A stretch of DNA of 64,000 nt from positions 767,577-831,576 of the forward strand of contig BFEA01000029.1 in assembly GCA_003427395.1 (NCBI GenBank), written 5' to 3'. Shown here one piece after another: positions 25,814 to 38,254 of this stretch. The notes beneath the pieces were generated by a model that saw only the letters and a program-made list of their open reading frames with translations, did not search any database and was not told the origin of the DNA. Position numbers and translations under genes: made by a program. Position 1 is the first letter of the stretch. Every line of letters begins with the position of its first letter. Origin of the DNA: Chara braunii. Taxonomy: Eukaryota; Plantae; Charophyceae.

Positions 25814-27050
25814 CTATGTGTGTGTGTGTGTATGCGAGTGTGTGTGTGGGGGGGCAGGCCCGACCTGGCGGGGTCTATGAGTATTTGTTTTCTCGTTTTT
25901 ATGTTTTTTTATTTTTTATAAATATATACGAACTTAGAAAAAATACAATAAAAAATATGGGGGCATAGATCTCAAAAATATCTACAAGATCATATTTTTT
26001 ATTATTTATTTTGTTTTGTTTTCCCTACAAAAACATCTCTGTGAAAAAAACGAAAAACCCACTCATTTCATGTGTTTGTTTTTATTATCTTTTACGTTTT
26101 TGATTTTTTTTAAATAAAGAGCAAGTTCAAAAAATAAAATAAAAAACATAGGGTTGTTGATCTAAAAAATATCTACAAACTTATTATTATTATTTTTTTT
26201 TTTGCTCATTATTTTCCAAGGAAAGAAATATTCCCGCGCCTGCTCAAAGCTCGCTCAAACGCATTTGAGCGCGAGATTGAGTAAAGCTCAAAAATTTAAG
26301 CTCCGACCCCTCGCTCAATCAGTGCGCGGTAACGCAGGATCCGGATGTTAATTGCTTGAGTGCTTGATCCCAACTACTTGGAAGATATGGTGATAGGGAC
26401 CCTTGTCAAAGTAGCAGAGTGCAACTGTGCGAGCATTCTGAAAAATTTACCGAGAGTATTCATTGCAGAGAAGGGGGAGAAGTCAACACGTGTTCTGAGA
26501 TGTGCGAAATTAAGGAGAGTGTTAGAGCATATCCGTGGAAAGGCTAAGGTGTTGAAATGATATCCAGAAGCGTAGGCTTATTGTGATAGCGGAGCGTTCT
26601 TATATTTGTTTGAAACTTGGAAGTTGACAGCGATGTGGTGAGTATAAGGAGATAGATTTTGAGCAAGGGGTTGTGCAGTCGAGGTACACCAAAACGGATC
26701 GACATTGTGGGAGGTTTATGATTATGTTGTGAGATCCACATGGTCAGGAGGAGATTGTCTTAGGTCGGCTTCTAGAGTTGGTGCAGATTTATGATCGGTT
26801 ATGGCAGGATATAAGAAAAGGGTACCCCGTATTCTGATTGATGCGGGGCGAGGGTCCGATGAGTGGTGGTGGTTTTAATAAGCGCATAGAGAAGTGGTTT
26901 GAAGAAGCGGGTGTTTATGAAGAAGAGAGAGTGATTATAGTTTCCGGATAGGGGGGCTTCAGGCAGGAATAGAGGACGAATACTAGAGTTTAGGGGAGAT
27001 AATGAGATAGGGAACGCGGAGCAGTATAGAGACTTTTATGAGGTATGGGC
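25107..27050 (+). pseudogene. Tyrosine recombinase of a DIRS/PAT-type retrotransposon, split by a MITE
   Basis: TKTD (~26687), YSFRIGG (~26936, the HxxR box), IMR*GTRSSIETFMRY (~27000-27047); N-terminal part LDVLWF...SPST|...LGRYGDRDPC runs across the MITE. Confidence 0.72.
25469..26337. mobile_element. hAT-type MITE with GCTCAAA subterminal motifs
   Basis: Imperfect TIRs CTATGAAACCG / CGGTAACGCAG; 8-bp TSD GATCCGGT / GATCCGGA. Confidence 0.75.
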
Positions 27051-27057
27051 CGCATGG

Positions 27058-28520
27058 CTATGAAATTCGACGAGGATGGAAAATAAGGAACGAGGAGAAC
27101 AACTTAGGACAAAAATAAGATTGTTGTGAGGTCAAGGATTGCGAGTTTGGGGGCGTTGAGGTGGACCCTAGGGTTGGGGAGGCAAGAGAATCTGGATTCT
27201 GGGATGGTGAAGTGATGGATAATGCCACGTGAAAGTATGCGCGGATACCAGGAGGTGTGTTGTGAAGAAGGAAGTATAAGAAGGTAGTATGTTGGACTAG
27301 TGAGTGCTCTAGAAAAAAAACATGATGTAGTAGTGCGGTGGGTGGGAAAATCCAGTGGTAAGGATGAGACGGTAATAAGTTCCAGTCTGGCAAGAAGGAG
27401 TGGATCTGAGATGTTATGGTGAACCAATTTTTGGAAACAAAGGTTGGACATACATGGTGATAGTGAGACGTGAAAAAATAAATGGCGGGGATCCCGATTT
27501 TGGAAAAGATTTCAACCTTGATATGGTCGGTCAATCCACAGTCCGTGTTGTCCTCTGTTTTGGAAATTGAGTCAGCGATTACGTTGAGGGATCTAGGTAT
27601 CCAGACAGGACGTAGTAAAATATCGAAGGTTACTAGAATAAAGGCGATATCTCGTAACCATGGGTTGAAAGATTCATCAGTGGATTTCATGCGGAGAAGT
27701 AGTGTTGTAGCCGTTTGGATGTCTGAGTGGAGTTTTATGGAAGCTGAGGAAAAAAGTCGAGGGTGAGTTGTGGCGAGGAATTGAAAGGCCTCAAGTATCG
27801 AGAAGTGGAGTTGAGTAAATGCTCGGGTAAACATTAATTGAGTGTGATACGGTCTGTGAGTAGGGGTTCAATAACTGCTGCGATTTAGCTGGTCGAAGCA
27901 TCAATAAAGATCGAGAGGGCTGGATGCTACACAATCTAGAGTCTGGTTGGACGATGGGGTAAGTGTAGGATCCACCACATGAGGTTATGGATGAGTTCCT
28001 CTGAAATGTAACAACAAGAGTTCCAATTAGAAGGTGAGATGGTTTCGTAGAGCGAAGAAAAGTAGAGGTGAGTGGGCATGAAAACTTTTGAAAGAGAGGC
28101 AAGCTTACTTGCAAGTTTTTCGATTGATCTGCTGGAAGGGGTTGAAGAAGATTTGATGAGATTGAGGATCTTTTGGACCTTATCATAAGAAACTTTTATT
28201 TGTTTGGTATGAGAGTCTAAGGTGAATCCAAGGAAATAAATGCTCAGTAATGGCAGGAAAGAGCATTTGTGCAAATTGAGGAGAAACTAAGGTTGTGGAG
28301 TAAGACAACATAGTTGAATGACTGCCACAAAAGTAGGGGAAAGTTTTTGTTGGCGAGGGCAGAATCATCGATGTAAGAGGTGACAACAACATTACTTAGG
28401 CGTAGTTCTGCCATGACTTCCTGCATAACAGTCTCTCATAGTCTGACGAAGAAGGAAGGGTTTGAGCATTGGAGAGTAAGAGGAAGAGCGAAGAACTCAA
28501 GGAGGGAGAAAAAGAAAAGA
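27058..28520 (-). pseudogene. DIRS-type RT + RNase H + methyltransferase-like tail, 5'-truncated
   Basis: SYIDD, FLGFTLDS, KLHSD, WIPRSLNVIADSISK and WIFPP motifs over frameshifted ORFs. Confidence 0.85.
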
Positions 28521-28531
28521 TTTTTTTTTTT

Positions 28532-28588
<57 letters not shown>

Positions 28589-28624
28589 TGGTACTAACCT
28601 GCGAAAGGTGTCGCCTTGATGCAG

Positions 28625-28668
28625 GTACAAATGCATGAACGATGAAGGTGGGGCACTGGCACCGACAG
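28625..28668 (+). CDS. Candidate 44-nt exon of an unidentified host gene (YKCMNDEGGALAPT)
   Basis: Branch point TACTAAC (28592-28598), acceptor TGCAG|, donor CAG|GTGAGT; only one stop-free frame; lies in non-TE sequence. Confidence 0.55.
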
Positions 28669-29182
28669 GTGAGTCCTCAAGTAAGTATTGTGGCCTCCTC
28701 CATAGCCCAATCCAATCTCTCTCTCTCTCTCGCACCCGCACGCGCACACACGCACGTTGCACTGCTGATGCGCTATGCTGACGTTGGTCCCCTATCGCTA
28801 TGGTCGACTACTCTTGCTACCATATGAAGAATCGGTTTCTCAAGACAAAAAATAGCAGCAAGGCAGAATGAAGGCAATTTATTCCTTGCAGGAAGCCCGG
28901 GTTGAACCATGAAACTCAAATGTGATAGTCATTTTCCAAAGAAACATCTTTGCATAAGGCCCCTATCCTGGTGATGGTAAGAGAACCACCCTACTTGAGG
29001 CCTTGCAGGGGGAATGACTCCAATCTTACTCATGGGATATGCGCCTCCTGTAAAGTGGGTCCAGGTCCAACATCTCATAAACACTCAGAAACCAATCAAG
29101 ATGTTATGAAAGCTTAAAAATTAAAATCGTTATCTTCCCCATGTTAAATTCTTGCCTTTTACTCGCTGTTGCCCTACCTAAG

Positions 29183-29510
29183 GACCATTTCGTCAAAATG
29201 GACATTTTTTATTTTTTGAACGAAATTGAAGCCGAGTTTTTTGGCCAAAAACTCGTCAAAATTTGTCGTTTCTGAGGGTCCAGCGTTTTACCCCCTGGCT
29301 GTTCATGACCTAGCTTGATACCAGACACCTCCAAGCAGTCCTGCCTGGAGGTGCCTGGTCTCAAGCTAGGTCCATGTACAGCCAGGGGGTCCAGCGTTTC
29401 TAAAGCGCTGGACCCTCATGAACAACAAATTTTGACGAGTTTTCGGCCAAAAAACTCGGCTTCAATTTCGTTCAAAAATCAAAGATGTCAATTTTGACGA
29501 AATGGCAGTT
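29183..29510. mobile_element. Palindromic non-autonomous element, GACC...CAGTT family, copy 1
   Basis: Long inverted arms starting CCATTTCGTCAAAAT; related copies at 42165 and 62228. Confidence 0.85.
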
Positions 29511-30759
29511 CCTCCTCTTAATCGCGTACAGTTCCTTGCATCTATCTACCCATCAATTGACTCACTTACTCCTCTCACTATCACTCAAGGTCTAACTTCC
29601 CTTCACTTTACCCATCTGTGGGCCACCTCCTCTTCCCACTCACTTTTTGGAGCACAAAAGTATGATGACACAACTGAGAGGATATCGTCTGTTTGGCCCA
29701 CCATTGAGGGACAAGCTGAGGTGAGATTGTCCAGGGTCTAAGAGGCGAGGTTAACTTATGGGGGGATGGCTCAGGAAGGGACCCGCAAATAAAATGGTGC
29801 TTGAATCGTGGTTCATATTTCCAGCAACGCTCACGCTCTCTCCAGTTTTTGCGTACTTAATCCAAATCATGCACTTCTTCGACCACCCTCCTTTCCCCCA
29901 ACGACTATTTCTGAAACTGTTCTTCTTGGGTTTTGAATCCTTTCTTGTTTCTTTCTCTTTTTTTTGGAATAGGGGGGAAACTAGGGCGTTGTCACGGTTT
30001 CAGTTTGAAAATGCATTGTCTCAAACCGAGGAAAATTGTGAATGTAAACAACCCATCTTTGGGGTCGGGTGGCGATGTGTTGTTTTCGAGGGATGCCTGA
30101 ACTGAATTTAAAACTGAAATCATGACTGTGCCCTAGCTAGTAGTTATTACTTTTTTTTTCTTTTTTTTTTTACTTGGAGTCAATTTGTTCCGCTTAATGT
30201 CCCAAGGAAACCTAACTGATGAAAGAAGAAGAGATAGACAATCAGGAATGCGGCAGATTAACCAACAATGAACAACAAAAACTCAAAGAAAATCACGGCA
30301 GGGGAGGAAGGGAGTGGCCCAACACACCCTCCTCCCCAATGAGGCCGAATAACAGAAACCAACCATGAATCTCGGGATCTATCTATTGCGCATGCACATA
30401 TGAATTCAAGTGGCGTCACAGACACCAACCCTTCGCTCCCAGCAAGGGTACAGGAACAGGACGCCAGATATAAGACCCCATATTCTGGAAGCCCCTCCTC
30501 AGAGTACGTGCAGAGTACGACGGACGCCACCCAACCTTCCACCAATGAGGAGGTGTCAGACACAATCACTGCCGCCAACCATCCACCCCCAACAGGAGCT
30601 CAATAACATGAGTCCTGTCACGAAACCGAATTTCAGGGGGTCCCCTCCACTATGCATACACAAAAGATGTAAGACACTATCGTGACTGGCGAGGCACAAC
30701 ACCATGAGGCCCGCCATGAGACCCGTGGATCAACCCCATAGGTAAATCCGCAGGCGCAG

Positions 30760-32356
30760 GAAGGTCAAAGTAGAGTATACAGGAAATTGAGGGACACGGA
30801 CTGCATGCCCTCATGTTGGCCTGGGCAGCTTCTAGTCAACCCTCCAAGGACAAACCGTTGGCATTGGATGTCATCAACTACACATATGTCGAATCAAGAA
30901 GTACATTCAGATAGATGACTTTATTTATCCGCACAACATCTTCCCTCCACACGCAATGGCTAATCACAATATACCGGATCCAGGTTTTGCAGAGTTACAA
31001 GGAGGGGAGGACCCAATGGCTAGCCTGCCACCCGAAAGTCTCCTTGCCCTACTTAGCTTTAGACCCACTAGAATGGCAATGGGGAGCCAGTGCAACTTGA
31101 TGAACTGTCGGTAAGAACCACTTATAGGATGATTAGGCCCATTGAGGTGGATGTTTGGGCAGGGGTAGGGGATAGGTGGAAGAGACACCTAAACTTAGGT
31201 GACGACCGAGTTAGAGGTCGGCAGTGGTTCAAAGGCGTAAAGGAGAGACCGACGAAATTCGCCTCCCTACGATGGCAAATTAACGATAGATGCCTCCCCA
31301 CAAATAACTGGATCATCAACAGAACGAACCAGAAACAAAGGGGGGAGACCCTTCCGTAGTGCAAATCTTGCTATGAGGGTTTCGCAAGCGGTAGAATATG
31401 TGAGACAAAAGAACACATCTTCCTCCAATGCCTAGGGGTTGTTCTAATGTGGCGATGGTAGGACCCCATTTGGTGGCCGTGGAATTTGGAAGCAATTTTG
31501 TTAGGAGATTGGAGAAGACCACAGGCATTCCGTTTTGCCAATAACCTATTTTCCACGGCCAAAAAAACGGTGGTGTGGGCGTTGTGGTCAATAAGGTGTG
31601 TATTCGACCACGAAGAGGCCAGAATGAGCAAAGGGGAAGTGGCTGACACAGTCAGGCAATTTATTAAAAAAGAAATAATGGTGCAATGGAAAAGGGTTCA
31701 GGAAAACACAGTACACCTCACACATAAAGACGACATTATCAAGGAAATTCAAACCTTCTGCGCAAATTGGTTGGGGGGGGAAAGGGGTGGCATGATGGCA
31801 CAGGTCGAATGGCCTGAGGAAAAGGAAGATGAGGGGGGAGGTGGCGCCCTCACCAAGGACTACAAACTCATGTTCCAGGACTGGATGCAGGTCAACCCCA
31901 ACATTTCGATGAAGAGCCCCGAGGAGTTTCCATATATGTTTCCCTCGGCAGCCACAACAATAGTAGAAATTCAATGGTTTGGTTAGCAGTAGAAACGGGC
32001 AATGTGTGACTAAAAGACCTGATGGGTAGAGATAGCTAGGCGAGGAAGGAACCAATGTGCAATAACAGGTATCTGGCGCCTGACACAGGGCGATGAGTTT
32101 CTCTCCCTTTCTTCGTCAACCTGCTCAGTCAATCTTTTGGCTCCCAAAGTACTTAGGTCCGACGAGCGTCTCTTAGATCCTTTTTCAGAAACTCTCCATA
32201 TTCATCCTGTACATGGGACGCTGAACCCGTTTTCCAGCAGGTGATGCTCCCCACCAATAGATAGAGCCCCTCCCTAGGTGCTAGCCGTGTCGGCTCTTAC
32301 CAGACCACTATTACCGAAGGGGGCTTTTGTGAAAAAAAAAAAAAAAAAAAAAAAAA
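30760..32356 (+). mobile_element. LINE-C: 3' fragment (ORF2 C-terminus, 3'UTR, poly(A))
   Basis: RWQINDRCLPTNNW, HIFLQC and VVWALWSIRC; poly(A) 32332-32356; 5' boundary approximate. Confidence 0.8.
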
Positions 32357-32559
32357 CGTCTGGAGATGGTCCCGCTTATAAAAAAAAGTACAGGTATTCA
32401 TTGTTGGCTTGAGTTGTTGCGATGGAGGCTTTGCAGGCACTTCATCGTAAGAACCCGATCTGGCATCGAGAACCGAGGATGACAAATTTTGATCACCGCA
32501 CACTTCATGTGAATGGGTGGGCCACAACATACACAAAAAAACGATGCTCCATTATTGAG

Positions 32560-34342
32560 TAACTTCGAGGGGTGCAAGCGTGATCGTGGTCAGACGTATT
32601 ACTATGTATACAAGAAACCCATCTCGCTAATTCTCCAGCCCATTATCGTGCCCATAATTTGGTTCGGCCCTTTTAAAATTTTACCTCGTACGCCCCACGC
32701 AATGGCTTAGCGGGGGTGGTCATATGGGTCCCGCCAAATTCAAGGGTCAAGATCATCCAATGGTCAGCGGATATGGAGTAAGGTAGTCTAAGATGGGTTC
32801 TACTTTAGTTACGCTTGAGCTAGAGGTAATTTGTGTCGTTTGCATTTGTCGTGCTAATGATGGGCAGGGTGTCAGGAGAGTGCATTTGTTTTAGGAAATG
32901 AGCATCAAAATTCATGTTGGGATCCCAAATTGATGGTTAGATAGATGGAGAATATCTTCCCCTGCCCACCATACATAGAAGAAGATGAACACGCAATACG
33001 CTTCATGTGCGACTCATGACAACTTTATGACACATGCCATCTAATGTTCCCACAAGAATGTCTTTTTACATGCATCCATCATAGTGGGGCTGCCCATAAA
33101 TCCAAGTGTCGCGTAAACCTCATTCTGATGTTTGAAGACTTGGACATGGCGCTCCAAGGGGCACCCATGGCCCGGCCTGGGGCGGATCATAAGATGTGCG
33201 CGATGCTTTTATCATTTAGAAAGAAAACGGATTAGGGGAAATGATTTTATAAGTTAAACACCCATTTTCTTTCCTTGGCAATACATATAAGATGTCTGGA
33301 CGTATTCGCACTATACAAAGGGGGCACGCGACTCCCTAGTGTCTTGGGTCAACAATTGATTCAATTGGATCTTTGTTGCTCGTAAATGTACTAGTAATTA
33401 ATACTCTAAACTACATGCAAAGCACAAGTATACTTAAGAAATAGAAACCCAAAAGTAATTTCTTAACCATCAACAACATGACCACCCAGGTAATCCCTAT
33501 GAACATATCGACATCCCTAGCCTAAAAACCCAGCAATTGACATTTGCTCAACATTGTTGGCAAGGGTACCTGATTCAGGGTAAACTGACCAAGTATCTGG
33601 CCGAGGGCTACTAGTAGATGGACTCATAATTTTTTGCACTTGCACGAGCTCGTGCATGGAAGAATACCATGGAAGCATTATATGATCCTTCAACACAACA
33701 TTATATGACTTCAACACTTCATCTAGTGATTTTAAAGCAGCTTACACTTTTTTCAAGAAACTATTCACCTCTTCAGAAAAAAATGGCAGGGAAGAGAAGG
33801 ATGCTCAACCTATTGCAAGTTTTTCTAATCCTCCAACTCAAAGTTTAACACTAGAGCAGAGCACTCATTTAGAGAGGCCATTAACAAAAAAAGAAATTTG
33901 GTTGGTCCTCTTACAAATGGAGGAGGACAAAAATCCGGTTTAGATGGGCTTCCCCAGAAACAATTGGAGACCTTATGACCAACTTTTTCAATAAACATGA
34001 TGAAATATTATGAAAAGGTTAAAGAGGGAGGTAACATGGAAGAAATAGTGGGACCATGAATCCTTACCTTTCTCTATAAAAAGAGGAACAAAACAAACAT
34101 ACGTAATTAGAAGCGCATCACCCTATAAACAATGAATTACAAAATGCTAGTTAAACAACTAACAAATATAATGATCCCGTTAATGAAAGACTTCATCAAT
34201 CCTTCCGGACGTCGCAAATGATTTTCATCCAATGCCGCCACATTTAGGACAATATCCTATTAATCAATGAATGTTCAAACTCTTCGTCAATCAAACAAAA
34301 TTGTAGGTTTTTTGTTCATTGATTTTGCAAAAATATATGAAA
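32560..34342 (+). pseudogene. LINE-F ORF2, 5' half (APE to RT 'DFAK.Y'), heavily decayed
   Basis: GADH (APE SDH-like), DKNP..DGLP, LYKKRNKTNIRN and FIDFAKIY, which ends at the insertion. Confidence 0.7.
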
Positions 34343-35636
34343 CACTGAATTCGTGAAAACCTAACAAAACCACAAAACCTAACATTTTTTATAGAATGAA
34401 AAAAAAAAAGTCAATTTGACAGATAAAAAAGAGCGTTTTTTACTGTTTCTTGAGAAATGAGGCAAAAAAACGGACCAAAAAAATAACTCAAATAAGATAA
34501 TCTTTAAAGACCTTAAGACGAACTCGAAAAATGTAAAAAAAAAAAAGTTGCAGTGAATAATGATTTATAGAACTATAAGTCATTTTCAACAGTCTGATAA
34601 AAATCAAGTTCTACACTGAATTCATGAAAACCTAAAAACAAAACACAGAACCTAACATTTTTTTATAGAATGAAAAAGTAAAAATCAAACTGTTATTTTT
34701 GACACATAATAGAGAGCATTTTTAACTGTTTGTGGATAAAGGCGGCAAAAAAACGGGCAAACAGTCTACCGATTCTCAAAATGTGCAAGAGAATCCTTTT
34801 CGTCAAAAAGTATGTTATAAGCCTACGTTTTGAGCGGTTTGGTAAAAATCAAGCTTTACGAAAACTAGTTTATAGAACTATAAATTAATATAAATCAATT
34901 TTAAAGTTAATTATAAAACCCTTGTCAAAAAATAGATGTTATGTAAAAGAAAAATTCAAACAAGTTTTGTTTGAAAGACATCTTCAAAATCTTAGCCAAC
35001 CACGATTTAAAATTAAAAAATGGAAAAATATTTAAATAAAAAAGTTAAAAAATACAAAAAAACAATATATTCGTCCATGTATGAGAGAACATATCCAAGT
35101 GAACGTATTCGTGAATAGGAGAACGTGTGTGCGTGTTTAGGAAACCGCCGAATAGGTTCATCGTGCTAAATACCTTACAAAATTATCAATATGATTTTTT
35201 TAGATAAACAAAAAAATAAGATATTTCGGTTTCTGAACAAACGGTGCTTTGCAAGCTAGTGATGTTTTATAAAAAGACTTGCTTCTCTTCTTACCACTTC
35301 CAGTGGTCTGAAAAAATATTTTTCTATTATATTTTTGCGATTAATTCACTGCACATATAATTCTGTTCATATAGGAGGCTTGAAAATTAATTACTCTGTG
35401 CAAACCTAACAATTGTTTTTGTTAGGTTTTCATAAATTTCATCTTACTCTACGAGAACTAGTTTACAGAGCTATAAACTAGGCTACCAGCCGGACCTCCT
35501 TGGTCGCCCTATTTTCCTGGACAGCCAAGCCGTGCAAGGACAAGGAAAGATCTGAGCAAAAAAAAAAAAAAAAAAAAAAACAATGTTATGTAGAAAAATC
35601 AATTGACCAATTTTTTTTTCAAGGTTACATCGAAAT

Positions 35637-35994
35637 TTGTGTTGCCACTTGTATGCACCCTCGTCCGAATATGGATTCGTACTCTTGTACTCGTACGCTA
35701 GGGGCCCCGTACGAGTTTTTTTTTTTTTTTTTTTTTAAATCCGGTTTATTTTTTTTTTTTTTTTCCAATAAGAATATGAAAATGATGCTCGGCCAAATGT
35801 TGCTTGTTTTGTGTTATTGCCTCACATATTTGTTTTTTTAATTTTTTTGATGACTTTTTTTTTTTTTTTGCTTTTTTGTATGGGGGCGTACAAGACGTAC
35901 AGGTTCCCGTACAGGTTCACTTACAGATCCCGTACATAAATTACCTGTACGTTTCGTACGGAAAACCCCCGTACGTGTACTCTATGCAACATAG
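35637..35994. mobile_element. hAT-type MITE with GTACG motifs
   Basis: Perfect 8-bp TSD ATCGAAAT; ends TTGTGTTGC / GCAACATAG. Confidence 0.8.
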
Positions 35995-36117
35995 ATCGAA
36001 ATTATTTACAATATTTAAAATAAAAAACAAAGTAAAATATATATATATATATATCATCACAAACAGAACTGCCCGGTAAAAGCGTAGGCAGAGAGAGAGA
36101 AGAGGACAACAAACAAG

Positions 36118-36172
36118 GGGCTGTGACAAACTGTTTCGTCGGAGTTTCACCGACTCATCAGGAGGCTGAACC
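36118..36172 (-). ncRNA. Hammerhead ribozyme core with a poor stem I, in a ~120-bp insert within (TA)n
   Basis: CUGAUGA-GUCGG(UGAAACU)CCGAC-GAAACAGUUUGUC. Confidence 0.6.
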
Positions 36173-36197
36173 CTATATATATATATATATATATATA

Positions 36198-37585
36198 CAG
36201 GGTCACCAACCGGTACGTATGGAGCTCCCCTGGTCGAACTTCGTACGTAGGGGCATTCGGGGTCCCGTTCGGGGTCCAAACCCGAAGGCGTTCGGACCCC
36301 GCCAAAAAATATTTTTGGGCCTAAAAATAAGTTTTTTTCTGAATTTGTTTTTGTGAGTTTTCTACGATCTGAGGTACATGCTTATAAATTTTAAAGTCAT
36401 TTTGCTAATCCAAACAAAAATAAAAAATCGCCAAAGATAACAGTGTCAAAACTGGACTTTTTTTGTTTTTTTTTTCACTTTTTACTTTTTATTTTCACTT
36501 TGTTACGGTGACCAGGGTAATGGGCATTCGAGACCGGCAGAACACCCGATCCCAAACGCCCGAACGTATGGGACCAGTGGGGGGTGGGGACGGCCGTTCG
36601 GGCCAAACGAGGACCCAAAAAAAAAAAAAAAAAAAAAAACAAAACCATCATCAAAAAAATCTGAAAAAAAGATATGTTATGGAGACAAATAAATTAAACA
36701 AGATTTGCCTTAGCATTACATCCAAATTCCTTACCAGATTTGAAATGAAAATAAAATGCAAAAAACAAATATTAATTAAAAAAAAAAAAAAAAATTTGTG
36801 AGTGCGCGAGCATGTTTTCGACACCATCGTCTTTGGTGATTTTTCATTTTTTTCTGGCATAGCTTAATGCCCTCAAAAGTTACAGATGTGTACTTCACAT
36901 AATACAAAACCCACTAAAAAAGTTTCAAAAATTAATAAAATTGTTTAGACCCCGAACTAAAGTGAAAACAAAAAGTAAGAAGTGAAAAAATACGTGGGCG
37001 AGCACGTTTTGACACCGTCATCTTTGGCGATTTTTAGTTCTTATTTGACTTAGCCAAATGACTTGAAAATTTACACGCATGTACTTCATGTCATAGAGAA
37101 CTCACAAAACAAACTTCAGAAAAACATAATTAGTTTTGGGCCCCAAAATAATTTTTGGCGGGGGCCGAACGCCGTCGGGTTCAGACCCCGTACGGGACCC
37201 CGAACGCCCGTATGTACGAAGGTCTGCCCGGGGACCTCCATACGTACGGGCTGGTGACCCTGGCGGTGACTAAAAAAAATCATTATGTTTTGAATTTTTT
37301 TTTAGTGTGTTTTGTATAATGTAAAGTACACATCTGTAAATTTTCAGGGCATTTCGCTGTACCAAATAAAGTCGAAAAATCACCAAAGATGGCGGTGTGG
37401 AAAACGTTCTGTCTCACTCAGTAATTTTAATTCTTTTTTTATTTTTTTTATTTTTATTAGTAGTTTTATTTTTTGTTTTTAATTTGTATTTCAAATTTGG
37501 TAAGGAATTTGGATGTAATGATCAGGCAAATGTTGTTTATTTTATTTGTCTTCATAACATTTTTTTTTTTTCAGATTGTTCCGAG

Positions 37586-37618
<33 letters not shown>

Positions 37619-37716
37619 CACGTTCAGCGCGAACGGCGAAACGCATCATAAGGGGTCCCGTACATTCGGACGTTCGGGTTCGGGCATTCGGCCCGTCCCG
37701 AATGTCGGTTACCCTG
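36198..37716. mobile_element. CAGGG-ended hAT-type MITE in (TA)n, carrying an inverted copy of its own family at 36513-37262
   Basis: TIRs CAGGGTCACC / GGTTACCCTG; inner TSD ACGGTGAC / GCGGTGAC. Confidence 0.85.
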
Positions 37717-37734
37717 TATATGTATATATATTTT

Positions 37735-38023
37735 CTAGGCTACTAGAGTGGCCCGGGGCCACTTGCCCAACAATGCCAGAAAAAAATAAAAAAAATAAAA
37801 AACTAAAAATTAGTTTTTTATTTTAGTTTTTTATTCTAAATTTGATGAAGAATTTCGATGTGGCCTCGGGGAAAACATTTTTCATTTTATTTTTCTGCAT
37901 AACATAGTTCTTTGTCGGATTTTTTGTTTTTTTTTTGTTTTTTTGCTAAGACCTTCCTTGGTCCTTGCAAGGCCGCGCTGTCCGGGGAAATAGGGTAAAT
38001 CGGGCAGCCCGCATGTAGCCTAG
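37735..38023. mobile_element. CTAGGCTAC-ended MITE
   Basis: Perfect 9-bp TIR; TSD TATATTTT / TTTATTTT. Confidence 0.8.
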
Positions 38024-38195
38024 TTTATTTTTATTTTTATTTTTTGGCCCGGTTAAGCAAATGGCCCTGGACCACTCTAGTAGGTTGACTGACAAGTGGG
38101 AAAAACACGACGCAATCATCATCAACTGACAATGTCAAGTATCTTAATACAAAAAGTATGATAAAAGAGTACAACAAGATTGCAAGTCGGTGGGT

Positions 38196-38254
38196 ATGGC
38201 TACCCCAACCGGTTTCAACCGCAGCCACGAGGTCATCATCAAAGGGCTTGCCAC
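38196..38254 (-). ncRNA. Degenerate type I hammerhead ribozyme in the PLE 3' repeat
   Basis: GUGGC.AAG.CCCU-UUGAUGA-UGACCUC(GUGGCU)GCGGUU-GAAACCGGUU-GGGG.UA.GCCAU. Confidence 0.7.
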
